A stretch of 32,000 nt of DNA, from the NCBI GenBank assembly GCA_001552015.1, contig CP010514.1:240001-272000 (forward strand). Reading direction: 5' to 3'. Under the pieces are notes generated by a model, which saw only the letters and a list, made by a program, of their open reading frames with translations, was not told where the DNA came from and made no database searches. Shown piece by piece: positions 9,174 to 18,111 of the stretch (positions within the stretch are counted from its first letter, which is position 1; every line of letters begins with the position of its first letter). Source of the DNA: Candidatus Nanopusillus acidilobi. Its GTDB lineage: Archaea; Nanobdellota; Nanobdellia; Nanobdellales; Nanobdellaceae. Position numbers and translations under genes: made by a program.

Positions 9174-10050
9174 TTTTTTTACTAATTATATCTGCTAATC
9201 TTATTGGTTCTGGATATTTTCCTTCTATCCAATATTTTTCAGATAATTCTTTTGTTTTTTCTAATGATATTAAATTTCCTGGTGATGCATATATCGTTTC
9301 TCCAAATTTTTCTACTTTATATCCCCTTACTTCATTATTTATTATAATCTTATTATCAACAACATTTCCTGATAATAATTTTTTGGTTATTCCAATGGTA
9401 GGTATATTTAATTTTACTCCAACATATGATGCTAGACCCATTTTAAATGGATGAGAAATTCCATGTCCATTTACAAATAATATATCTATTTTTTCTTTTA
9501 TTTTATTGAATGTTTTTATAATTGGTTCTCCTTCTCTAAAAGCTAAAAAGGATGGTATATATGGAAATTCAATTTTTTCTTTGAATATATATTTATTTAT
9601 TAATTCTAAATTTTTATCTAATATTACATATACTATATAACCTATATCATCTCTATAACTTAAATCAACACCACCAATTAAATTTATATCATTTATATTA
9701 TCTTCTAAAATAATTTTTTTAGCTAATTCTTCTTGTATTTTTCTATATTTTAATAATATTTTTTCTTTTACATTAAAATTATCAAATAAATATTTTTCTA
9801 AATTTACTATTTTATTATTTATAATTTCTATTCCTTCATTTTTTAATAATTCTTCTTGTATTTTATTATTTATTATCCCATCAGAATTTACAACCCTCCA
9901 CCATGGTCCATTTAATTTTTTATAATAATTTATAATAAATTTTATTGAATATTTATCTCCCAAATATTCTGATAATATCTTAAATGTTGTTACTTTACCA
10001 TATGGAATACTATTAATTAATTTACTTAATTCTTCTATAATTTCATTCAT
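9157..10050 (-). CDS. nfi: fusion protein: N-terminal alkyltransferase-like (ATL/MGMT DNA-binding) domain + C-terminal endonuclease V domain
   Basis: The N-terminus, IPYGKVTTFKILSEYLG...NGPWWRVVNSDG, is an MGMT-type fold with PWWR in place of PCHR. The C-terminus aligns by eye with E. coli EndoV: LIGGVDLSY, YIPSFLAFRE, FVNGHGISHP, PTIGITKK. Confidence 0.85.
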   Translation of the reverse strand: MNEIIEELSKLINSIPYGKVTTFKILSEYLGDKYSIKFIINYYKKLNGPWWRVVNSDGIINNKIQEELLKNEGIEIINNKIVNLEKYLFDNFNVKEKILLKYRKIQEELAKKIILEDNINDINLIGGVDLSYRDDIGYIVYVILDKNLELINKYIFKEKIEFPYIPSFLAFREGEPIIKTFNKIKEKIDILFVNGHGISHPFKMGLASYVGVKLNIPTIGITKKLLSGNVVDNKIIINNEVRGYKVEKFGETIYASPGNLISLEKTKELSEKYWIEGKYPEPIRLADIISKKIKYME

Positions 10051-10090
10051 AATATATAATTTAAAAAATTATTTATAACAAATATACAAA

Positions 10091-10348
10091 ATGGATGATT
10101 GGATAAAAGAAAGTTTGTTAGGAATATTATTATTAATAGTAGGTGGATTTTTAATATATTATTGGTTAGGAGAAACTATATTAGTAATAAAGGGATTGAT
10201 AGGATTAGTAATATTAATATTGGGTATACTAGTATTGTGGATTGGATATGAAGATATAAAATTAAATAAAGAATTAAAGGAAGTACAAAAAGAATTTAGC
10301 GAAGAAAATAAGCAAGAGCAAAATCAAGATAATCAAAATAAACAATGA
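10091..10348 (+). CDS. small membrane protein with charged Q/N/E-rich tail
   Basis: 85 aa with two TM-like segments (LLGILLLIVGGFLIYYWL, LIGLVILILGILVLWIG). The stop overlaps the rpl15e start (ATGA). Confidence 0.45.
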   Translation: MDDWIKESLLGILLLIVGGFLIYYWLGETILVIKGLIGLVILILGILVLWIGYEDIKLNKELKEVQKEFSEENKQEQNQDNQNKQ

Positions 10349-10866
10349 AATCTGCATATAATTATATTTTTGAAACATGGAAAAAAAGATTTAAAGATGA
10401 AAATTTAAAGAAATTAATTAAAGAAAGATTAATTAAATGGAGAATGGAACCTGAAATTGTTAGGATAGAAAGACCAACAAGATTAGATAAAGCTAGAAAA
10501 TTGGGATGGAAGCCAATAAATGGAATTATATTAGTTAGAGTGAGGGTAAAGAAAGGATGGAGAAAAAGAAAAGATATGCCAAGACATGTTAAGACAAAAA
10601 ATTATTATTATTATAGATCATTAAATATGAGTTTAAGGGCAATTGCTGAACAAAGAGTACAAAGAAAATATCAAAATTTAGAAGTAATAAATTCATATTA
10701 TGTTGGGGAAGATGGTAAATATAAATGGTATGAAGTTATATTAGCAGATCCGAACAATCCAAATATATATAATAGAGAAGAATATTCATGGTTGCTTAAT
10801 AGTAAAAACAGAAAAAGAGCTTTAAGGGGTTTGACCCCTGGATTTAAATCCTCTAGAAAAGTATAA
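10345..10866 (+). CDS. rpl15e: 50S ribosomal protein L15e
   Basis: MKSAYNYIFETWKK...RPTRLDKARKLGWKPINGIILVRVRVKKGWRKR... is the typical L15e N-terminus and basic core. Confidence 0.92.
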   Translation: MKSAYNYIFETWKKRFKDENLKKLIKERLIKWRMEPEIVRIERPTRLDKARKLGWKPINGIILVRVRVKKGWRKRKDMPRHVKTKNYYYYRSLNMSLRAIAEQRVQRKYQNLEVINSYYVGEDGKYKWYEVILADPNNPNIYNREEYSWLLNSKNRKRALRGLTPGFKSSRKV

Positions 10867-10905
10867 CATAGTTATCTTTATAAGTGTTTGTAATATATTT
10901 TTTAA

Positions 10906-11595
10906 ATGCTAAAAATAGAAGGACTAAATGTTTATTCTGATAATAAAAAAATATTAGAAAATATAAATTTAGAATTTGAATATGGGAAATTATATTTAAT
11001 ATTTGGTCCAAATGGATCCGGAAAAACAACATTAGCAAAAGCAATATTAAATGATGAAAGTTTAAAAAAAGAGGGAAAAATATTTTTAGATAATATAGAT
11101 ATAACAAATGAAAAAACTGAGAATATAGCAAAATATATATTTTATTCTTTTCAGGATCCTGTTGAAATAGAAAATATTAGAACAAGAACATTGTTAATGT
11201 ATATTTTGGATAATTTTGATGAAAAAAAGATATTAAATTTGGGAAAAGATTTAGGATTACCTGAAGATTTTTTAGATAGAGGAATTAATTACAATTTATC
11301 TGGAGGTGAAAAGAAAAGATTTTCATTATTATTATCAATATTATTGAATAGAAAGATTATTATATTAGATGAAATAGATTCTGGGGCAGATATAGAATTC
11401 TTAAATAAATTAAAATATTATTTAGATCAGTTTAAAAAAGAAAATAAAATGATAATATTAATTTCTCATAATTTAAAATTCGTAAAAGAATTAAATATTG
11501 ATAAAGTAATAGTATTAATTGATGGAAAGATAAAATATGTTGGAGATAAAAATATATTAAATAAGATTGAAGAAAATGGATTTAATATTTTTTAA
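10906..11595 (+). CDS. sufC: SufC-type Fe-S cluster assembly ABC ATPase
   Basis: Walker A GPNGSGKTT, signature LSGGEKKR, and Walker B/D-loop ILDEIDSGADIE (SufC-style DEIDSG). About 229 aa with no TM domain. Confidence 0.85.
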   Translation: MLKIEGLNVYSDNKKILENINLEFEYGKLYLIFGPNGSGKTTLAKAILNDESLKKEGKIFLDNIDITNEKTENIAKYIFYSFQDPVEIENIRTRTLLMYILDNFDEKKILNLGKDLGLPEDFLDRGINYNLSGGEKKRFSLLLSILLNRKIIILDEIDSGADIEFLNKLKYYLDQFKKENKMIILISHNLKFVKELNIDKVIVLIDGKIKYVGDKNILNKIEENGFNIF

Positions 11596-12175
11596 AGATT
11601 TATTTAAAAAGTATTATGATAAAATTTTTGACAATTATAAAATAATTAAAAATGAATTTAATATAAATAAAGATCAATATATTGAAATTAATTTAGATAA
11701 GAATATTTATTATAATGTTTTTAATATAAATAGTTCTGAAATAAAAATAAGAATTAATAATAATGATATTTCAATGATGTATAATGAATTTAATATAATT
11801 GGAAAAGTAAAAATAAATATTTTAATTAATAATTCTGGAAATCTAAAAATATATAATTTATATAAAATAAATAGTAATTCTTATTCAGATTCAATAGAAA
11901 AGATATATAATAAAAATAATATTGTTTTAATATCTAAAATATTTATTGATAAAAATTCTGAAAATTCTGAAGGAAAATTATCTCAATATCTATTGGAAGA
12001 AAATGGTATATCAATTTTATTACCAATATTAGATATAGAAAATAATAAATCAAAAGGATTTCATGGATCTAAAATATTAAAATTAACTGAAAAAGAGGAA
12101 AGTTATCTAAGATATTTATCAATAAGTAAAGAAGAAATAAAGAACATTTTAATGAGAGAATTTAACTTTATATAA
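11567..12175 (+). CDS. short SufB/SufD-family protein (minimal scaffold partner of SufC)
   Basis: The C-terminus LLPILDIENNKSKGFHGSKILKLTEKEESYLRYLSISKEEIKNILMREF matches the conserved SufB/D C-terminal block (P-x-L-x-I...H-G-A-x-V-x-x-L-x-E-E-x-L-F-Y-L-x-S-R-G-I...F). It is only 202 aa and overlaps sufC by 29 nt. Confidence 0.6.
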   Translation: MKKMDLIFFKDLFKKYYDKIFDNYKIIKNEFNINKDQYIEINLDKNIYYNVFNINSSEIKIRINNNDISMMYNEFNIIGKVKINILINNSGNLKIYNLYKINSNSYSDSIEKIYNKNNIVLISKIFIDKNSENSEGKLSQYLLEENGISILLPILDIENNKSKGFHGSKILKLTEKEESYLRYLSISKEEIKNILMREFNFI

Positions 12176-12205
12176 AATTATAAACTTTAATTATATATTC
12201 TTTTA

Positions 12206-13183
12206 ATGGAAGAGGAAGAAAAGAAACAAATTAAAGATTTGGAAGATTTACCTGGTGTAGGTCCAAAAACTGCACAGAAATTAAGAGAAGCTGGTATATT
12301 TTCATTAGAGGATCTTGCTGTATCTTCTGTTCATGAATTAGTAGAAAAAGTTGGACTTGGAGAAGAAACTGCTAAAAAATTAGTAGAAATGGCTCAAGAT
12401 ATTGTTGGACAAGGATTTATATCTGCATATGATTTCTATAGCTCAAGAAAAGCTGTTGAAAGGATAACCACAGGTTCAAAAGCTCTAGATGATTTACTTG
12501 GTGGAGGTATTGAAACACAGGCATTAATAGAAGCTTTTGGTGAATTTGGTTCTGGAAAAACGCAATTAGGACATCAATTATCAGTTAATGTTCAATTACC
12601 AAAGGAAAAAGGTGGATTAAGCGAACCTGATAAACCAGCTCAGGCAGTTTATATTGATACTGAAGGAACATTTAGACCAGAGAGAATTGTACAAATGGCA
12701 AAAGGTGTAGAACTGGACCCAGATAATGTATTAAAGAATATAATATTTATAAGGGCATATAATTCAGATCATCAAGTAAATATTGTAAAGAAAATACCAA
12801 GTTTAATTCATGAAGGAAGAAATATAAGATTAGTAATTATAGATTCAATTACTGCACATTTTAGGGCAGAATATGTTGGAAGAAGTAACTTAGCTGAGAG
12901 ACAGCAAAAATTAAATCAGCACTTAAGAGATCTATTGAAGTTAGCTACAGTTTATAATTTAGCAGTATATGTAACAAATCAGGTTATGGCAAAACCTGAA
13001 GGATATTTTTCTTTAGATCAACAGGCAGTTGGAGGACATGTTCTAGCTCATGCAATTACATATAGAATATTCTTAAGAAAAGGTAAGGAAAGGACAAGAA
13101 TTGCTAGATTAATTGATGCACCTCACTTACCTGAAAGGGAGGCAATATTTAAAATAAGTGAAGAAGGTATTAGGGATGTATAA
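12206..13183 (+). CDS. radA: DNA repair and recombination protein RadA
   Basis: N-terminal Hh[25 protein letters not shown], Walker [10 protein letters not shown], Walker B LVIIDS, and RadA-type length of 325 aa. Confidence 0.95.
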   Translation: MEEEEKKQIKDLEDLPGVGPKTAQKLREAGIFSLEDLAVSSVHELVEKVGLGEETAKKLVEMAQDIVGQGFISAYDFYSSRKAVERITTGSKALDDLLGGGIETQALIEAFGEFGSGKTQLGHQLSVNVQLPKEKGGLSEPDKPAQAVYIDTEGTFRPERIVQMAKGVELDPDNVLKNIIFIRAYNSDHQVNIVKKIPSLIHEGRNIRLVIIDSITAHFRAEYVGRSNLAERQQKLNQHLRDLLKLATVYNLAVYVTNQVMAKPEGYFSLDQQAVGGHVLAHAITYRIFLRKGKERTRIARLIDAPHLPEREAIFKISEEGIRDV

Positions 13184-13216
13184 ACTTTATATTTAGATAT
13201 TTTCTATTTTATATAT

Positions 13217-13468
13217 ATGGAAAGATATGAAGCATCATCCTTATTAAACAAATCAGTTGTTACAGACAAAGGTAGAAAGTTAGGAGAAATTGCAGATCTA
13301 CAATTTGAAGAGAAAACAGGAGAAGTATTAAATATTATATTAAAGAATCCTACTGAGAATGCTGAAAGGTTGGGATTAGAAAAAACAAAAGATGGATTTT
13401 TAGTACCATTTATGGCAGTAAAAGCAATTGGTGATTATGTAGTTGTTTCTGAAGAAGATTTAGTATAA
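13217..13468 (+). CDS. PRC-barrel domain protein
   Basis: 83 aa: LLNKSVVTDKGRKLGEIADLQFEEKTGEVLNIIL...VPFMAVKAIGDYVVV resembles small archaeal PRC-barrel proteins. Confidence 0.65.
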   Translation: MERYEASSLLNKSVVTDKGRKLGEIADLQFEEKTGEVLNIILKNPTENAERLGLEKTKDGFLVPFMAVKAIGDYVVVSEEDLV

Positions 13469-13579
13469 TTTCTTTTTAATTTATTATATTAAAACAAAAA
13501 AGGTCTTGTAATTGAATCTTTTATCTGTAATGTTATGGTTTAATAAAAAATAAAATTCAAATAGAATAGCTTATTCTGA

Positions 13580-13798
13580 TTATTCAGTAGGTTTTATGAC
13601 AGATATATTATCACCTCTTAAGAATATCCAAGGTAATTTTTTATTGGTATCTAATTCTGTTACATCTTCTAATACCATATTTGGATGAACATCAGAAGCT
13701 ACTAATTTACCTCTATATTGTTTACCATTTTTCATTTCTACTATTATTTCTTTTCCTTTTGACTGTGTTATTATATCTAATGGTCTTACTATGTCCAT
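13580..13798 (-). CDS. Sm-like (LSm/SmAP) RNA-binding protein
   Basis: Sm1/Sm2 pattern: RPLDIITQSKGKEIIVEMKNGKQYRGKLVASDVHPNMVLEDV...IFLRGDNISVIKP. The ORF-track start (13813) is a TTG. The first ATG (rc 13796-13798) sits 30 nt downstream of a TTTATAAAA element, so I prefer it. Confidence 0.85.
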   Translation of the reverse strand: MDIVRPLDIITQSKGKEIIVEMKNGKQYRGKLVASDVHPNMVLEDVTELDTNKKLPWIFLRGDNISVIKPTE

Positions 13799-13819
13799 AA
13801 ACAAAATATACAAGAAAGA

Positions 13820-13828
13820 TTTTATAAA
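13820..13828 (-). promoter_or_regulatory. TATA-like element of the Sm-like gene
   Basis: On the minus strand, TTTATAAAA is followed by 21 nt and then the ATG at 13798. This is the same -30 spacing seen for the histone and archease genes. Confidence 0.35.
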
Positions 13829-13852
13829 TTTATTTTATAAATTAGTTTAAAA

Positions 13853-14272
13853 TTATTCTTTTATTAATATTCCATTTATAATTCCATCTTGACCTGGTCT
13901 TGATGTTACTAAAACTTTTCCTATTTCAGTATTTAATATAGCATTTTTAGTTATTATTTTTTCTCTATCTAAATTTTTATCATTTGGATTTTTAATAACA
14001 CCTAATATTTTTACTCTTTTAACTTCTTTTGTTTCTGGATTAAGAACATTTACATATAAAGCACCTTTTAATTTTACTTTATAATTTCCACCCTTTGTTC
14101 TAAATATATATCTTATTTCATCATTACTCTTTGATATTTTTGTTAGAATTAGATATCTTCCATAATTTGTTTTTCTTTTTTTACTATTAGGAGATTTTAC
14201 TTTACCATTTTCCTTTCTTAAATCTCTACCTTGGTAAACGGATAATCCTCCTTTTTTGTATATATTTACCAT
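13853..14272 (-). CDS. rps8e: 30S ribosomal protein S8e
   Basis: MVNIYKKGGLSVYQGRDLRKENGK...TKGGNYKVKLKGALYVNV...VLVTSRPGQDGIINGILI is S8e-like. The ORF-track N-terminal extension (14273-14350) overlaps tRNA-Leu and is rejected. I use the start at the ATG, rc 14270-14272. Confidence 0.88.
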   Translation of the reverse strand: MVNIYKKGGLSVYQGRDLRKENGKVKSPNSKKRKTNYGRYLILTKISKSNDEIRYIFRTKGGNYKVKLKGALYVNVLNPETKEVKRVKILGVIKNPNDKNLDREKIITKNAILNTEIGKVLVTSRPGQDGIINGILIKE

Positions 14273-14328
14273 TTTATTTTTATGATAAAAAAGATTTAAA
14301 AAATAAAATGCAATAAAAAATAAAATAC

Positions 14329-14428
14329 GCGGCGGTGCCCGAGCGGTCAAAGGGGTCGGGCTTAAGACCCAATTGGTAAGAAACCCGATGGGTTAGTCCC
14401 GTCAGGGGTTCAAATCCCCTCCGCCGCA
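14329..14428 (+). tRNA. tRNA-Leu (anticodon UAA) with a 16-nt intron at the canonical 37/38 position
   Basis: Acceptor GCGGCGG/CCGCCGC plus discriminator A. Anticodon arm TCGGG-CTTAAG[ACCCAATTGGTAAGAA]A-CCCGA, with the anticodon at 14363-14365 and the intron at about 14367-14382. Long variable arm TGGGTTAGTCCCGTC. T arm AGGGG-TTCAAAT-CCCCT. No encoded CCA. Confidence 0.9.
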
Positions 14429-14487
14429 CTTTAACTATCTATATAATTACCATAAAATATTTATTACCTAAGAATAATAAATATAAT

Positions 14488-16092
14488 ATGAAATCTATTT
14501 CTCCAATAGTAGGAACTATATTAATTATTGTTATGACAGTTGCAATTGCTGGATTATTTTATGCATTTACTTCAGGTATGTTTAATTCAATTATATCTTC
14601 ATCAAATAATTTAGTTAATCAACAATCAAAAATAATATCATTTACAATAAATAGTGTATATTGTTCAAATAATATATTATATTTTAATATATATAATAAA
14701 GGAAATATACCTATTAATATAAATAATTCTCAAATTATATTTACAGATAATAATGGAAATACTATATCAATAAATGGAAGTAATGTTGTATGTAATAATG
14801 GAAATATAATTAATATTGGAAGTAATGAATTATGTTATGTATTAAATTATATTTGTTATTATAATTATACAGATTATATAAAAACTACTAATTTTGTATA
14901 TAATGGAATAAATTATAATTATGAGATATTAAGTAATAATAAATTTAATATAATATACAATCTTATTAATTATCCAATAATAATATATAATACTCAATCT
15001 ATTCCAACCCCATCTCCATTTCAACAAGATATTGCTATTTGTAATGAAACAATTAATATTAGTAATAATTTTGCATATGTAAATAATGCAACATTATTTA
15101 ATTTAATTAATCCAAATGGGCAAAATGTAATGTTCTTTAATCCAAATAACGGACAATTATCTTATTCATGGTATGAAGGTCAGTTAATTAACGGAAGTAC
15201 ATATTGTGATGTATGGTGGATAAATTTACCAAATGGAGTTCCTGCTAATTCAAATGTAACAATATATATGTATATAGGATCCAATAATTCCAATTATTAT
15301 CCATTATGTTATCCATATGTAGGAACTAATGAGCAAGTTATAGGAACTATGCAATATGATAATGGACAAAAAGTATTTATAGCATATGGATATTTTAATA
15401 ATACATTTAATGGATGGAGTGGACATGTTTCTTCTGCATCCTGGTCTCCTACAGCAACTTCAAATGGTATTGAAATGATAAATAATCAATATGGTGAAGG
15501 AACTTATATTTTACCTCCAAATAATTGGAATATTCCTAAAATTCCTTTAATTGTTGAGGAAGCTTGGTATTATGGAGGGGGAAGCCCGAATGCAGATGCA
15601 AATGTAATAGCATTATTTGGAAATACAAGTAAACAAATTGGTGCAGGTATTGGATCTACTGATGGTGGTTGGACACCAACATCTAATTTATCCACATTTG
15701 TACAATTTGAATATTGGCCTGGTAATTCTCCACCAAACTCTCAAGCAACTATGTTAAAATCTGCAGTAACAGATCAATATTTAAGTTATACATCTTTCCC
15801 AACATCTGGCGGAACAGTTTATTCATATTTAATAGTTAATTCTACATATGCACAAACAGGATATTATATTTATAGTTCTAATCAAGTATGGGCTCCATTA
15901 ACATTATTAGATACTTATACAGTAAATAATAATGGATATACATATTATAATTTAAATTATAATCCTTTCCAATATGGTACATTAGAAATAGGTGCTGGAA
16001 CTGGTGGAGCTTATTCGTACCAATATGTAGAATGGGTAATAGCTAGATCATATCCTCCAAATGGTGTAATGCCTTCAATTTATATTGGTTAA
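14488..16092 (+). CDS. large secreted surface protein with archaeal type IV pilin-like (class III) signal peptide and DUF2341-like domain
   Basis: The N-terminus MKSISPIVGTILIIVMTVAIAGLFYAF matches the archaeal pilin/flagellin N-terminal domain (K-[AS]-[IV]-SPVI-x-TIL...). The middle region, ...LSYSWYEGQLINGSTYCDVWWINLPNGVPANSNVTIYMYIGSNN..., resembles DUF2341. It is very N/Y/S/T-rich with many N-x-S/T sequons. Confidence 0.7.
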   Translation: MKSISPIVGTILIIVMTVAIAGLFYAFTSGMFNSIISSSNNLVNQQSKIISFTINSVYCSNNILYFNIYNKGNIPININNSQIIFTDNNGNTISINGSNVVCNNGNIINIGSNELCYVLNYICYYNYTDYIKTTNFVYNGINYNYEILSNNKFNIIYNLINYPIIIYNTQSIPTPSPFQQDIAICNETINISNNFAYVNNATLFNLINPNGQNVMFFNPNNGQLSYSWYEGQLINGSTYCDVWWINLPNGVPANSNVTIYMYIGSNNSNYYPLCYPYVGTNEQVIGTMQYDNGQKVFIAYGYFNNTFNGWSGHVSSASWSPTATSNGIEMINNQYGEGTYILPPNNWNIPKIPLIVEEAWYYGGGSPNADANVIALFGNTSKQIGAGIGSTDGGWTPTSNLSTFVQFEYWPGNSPPNSQATMLKSAVTDQYLSYTSFPTSGGTVYSYLIVNSTYAQTGYYIYSSNQVWAPLTLLDTYTVNNNGYTYYNLNYNPFQYGTLEIGAGTGGAYSYQYVEWVIARSYPPNGVMPSIYIG

Positions 16093-16158
16093 ATTTCTTT
16101 TATTTTTTCAATATAATATTGCTTTCAGTTCATTAATGCTATCTGTAATATTAAAACC

Positions 16159-16232
16159 TGGGGCGGGTGGGATTTGAACCCACGACCTTCCGGTCTTCAG
16201 CCGGACGCTCTCCCGGTCTGAGCTACCGCCCC
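16159..16232 (-). tRNA. tRNA-Phe (anticodon GAA)
   Basis: The reverse complement folds as GGGGCGG-TA-GCTC-AGACCGGGA-GAGC-G-TCCGG-CTGAAGA-CCGGA-AGGTC-GTGGG-TTCAAAT-CCCAC-CCGCCCC-A. No intron and no encoded CCA. Confidence 0.93.
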
Positions 16233-16302
16233 TTTAATTATCAATATTTTTTATTATTTATTTTTTAAATTTTTCAAATTATAAAATATTCTTTAATTTA
16301 TA

Positions 16303-18111
16303 ATGATAGAAAAATATTATCCAATATTAAATAATAGACCATTTCAAATTGATGTTGTAGAAAAAATATTGAACTATATTAATGAAAATAGAAAATTTAT
16401 TTTATTAGATTCTCCTACAGGTTCAGGTAAAACAATTATTGCATTAGTAATTTCTGATTATTTGGCAAAAGAAGATTTTATAACTCATATTGCTGTAAGA
16501 ACAACTGAAGAAATAAAAAGATATTTGGAAGATTCATTTAAAATAAATACAATATTAAGGGTATATCCAAATAAAAAGAAAACATGTCCAATATTTTTTA
16601 AATCAAATTTATCTGGAGAAGAAATAATATGTGCAGATTGTATATATAAAAAATCTTTATATGATCCAGAAGAATTATATAAAAGATTAAAGAAATATAA
16701 TTATAATTTTATTAAATTGACAAAAATAGAATATAAGAAATATTTAAAAAAGAAAAATGTAAAATGCATATATCATTCTTTTAAGAAAATTGATTCAAAT
16801 ATTTATATTTCAACATATCCATATGTTTTTAATCAATATTTAAATGAAGTATTATCTTTAGAAGGGGAACCTGATTTTTTAATAATGGATGAATCTCATA
16901 ATTTATTAACATCAATTATAAATCCTATGTCAATATCATTTAAAAGATATATAGAAAAAGGTATTGGAAAAAGAAATGAAGAAAATTTATTATTCCAGGA
17001 TTTAGTAAAAGAATTAGAAATTATAAAAAATGCTTTAAATATACCTGAACAGGATTTTGAATTAATAAGATATAATTTAATGAAATTCTCAGATGAATTA
17101 TTATCATTTATAGAAAATATAATTGCAAAAAAATTTAATACAAGGGATATATATTTAATAAAAGAAAGAATGGAAAAATCTTCAAAGGAAATATATGTAG
17201 ATAGAGAAAAATTAAAGGAAATATTTGATTCAAATGAAAAATTATTGGATAATTTATCATTTTATTGGGAAACATATAAAAGATATATTTCAAAAAATAA
17301 TATTAAATTACCAAAGAAAAGATGGAATATAAATAAAATATTAAAACTATATTATTATATAAATTCTGAGGATATTTTTTGGATATTAAATTTATTTAAA
17401 TTAGAAGGATATATAACAAAATTTGAAAAAATAATTAAAGTATTTGATAATTATAAATCAGTAATATTAATGTCTGGAAGTAATTTTACAAAAGAAAGTT
17501 TCCAAAAATTATATAAAATAAAGGATGTAGAATATATTAAAGTTGATGTAAAATATGGAAAAAAGGATTATGAAGTATTATATAATTTTTCTTCAAGATA
17601 TTCAAAAAGAAATGATAAAAATAATATAGAAAATTTAATAGGTGATATAAAATTTATTGCAAATAATTTAGAAAAATATCAATTATATATGTTCCCTTCA
17701 TATTCTTTTATGATAGATATATATGAAAAATTGGATATAAAGGATAGAATATTTTTAGATGATGGGGAAAAACCATTGAATAGGATATTAAAAACTGATA
17801 AAGATATAATATTTACATATGCAAGATCAAGATTTATAGAAGGAATCCAATTGGTAAAAGATAACCAATCATTATTAAGGGTAATTGTAATTGTTGGAAA
17901 ACCATATCCACCTCCACCAAATGCATCAATATTAATATATAAAATGATTAAGGATAATAATTTGGATTATAATGAATTAGCAGAAGTATTAAAGGATATA
18001 AATATTAAACAGGTAATTGGAAGGGCAATAAGATTTCCAAATGATCATGTTAAAATATTTTTTATAGATGATAGATATAAAAAGGCGGAAATTAAAAAAT
18101 ATTTGCAATAA
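16303..18111 (+). CDS. xpd: XPD/Rad3-family (DinG-like) Fe-S helicase
   Basis: Walker A LLDSPTGSGKT and DEAH-like MDESHNL. Four Cys between them in XPD-like spacing (TCPIFF...IICADC...VKCIYH). Motif VI QVIGRAIR near the C-terminus. Confidence 0.8.
   Translation: MIEKYYPILNNRPFQIDVVEKILNYINENRKFILLDSPTGSGKTIIALVISDYLAKEDFITHIAVRTTEEIKRYLEDSFKINTILRVYPNKKKTCPIFFKSNLSGEEIICADCIYKKSLYDPEELYKRLKKYNYNFIKLTKIEYKKYLKKKNVKCIYHSFKKIDSNIYISTYPYVFNQYLNEVLSLEGEPDFLIMDESHNLLTSIINPMSISFKRYIEKGIGKRNEENLLFQDLVKELEIIKNALNIPEQDFELIRYNLMKFSDELLSFIENIIAKKFNTRDIYLIKERMEKSSKEIYVDREKLKEIFDSNEKLLDNLSFYWETYKRYISKNNIKLPKKRWNINKILKLYYYINSEDIFWILNLFKLEGYITKFEKIIKVFDNYKSVILMSGSNFTKESFQKLYKIKDVEYIKVDVKYGKKDYEVLYNFSSRYSKRNDKNNIENLIGDIKFIANNLEKYQLYMFPSYSFMIDIYEKLDIKDRIFLDDGEKPLNRILKTDKDIIFTYARSRFIEGIQLVKDNQSLLRVIVIVGKPYPPPPNASILIYKMIKDNNLDYNELAEVLKDINIKQVIGRAIRFPNDHVKIFFIDDRYKKAEIKKYLQ

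Noticed and set aside
14273-14350. N-terminal 26-codon extension of the S8e ORF in the ORF track (MTARAPPRILFFIAFYF...)
   Set aside because: It is the antisense of tRNA-Leu (14329-14428) and its promoter. S8e homology starts at the internal ATG (rc 14270-14272).
14329-16232. The pilin-signal gene flanked by two tRNAs, considered as an integrated mobile element
   Set aside because: There is no integrase. I could see no direct repeat of either tRNA 3' end (att-like duplication). Composition is indistinguishable from the flanks. I retained it only as a possible variable locus.
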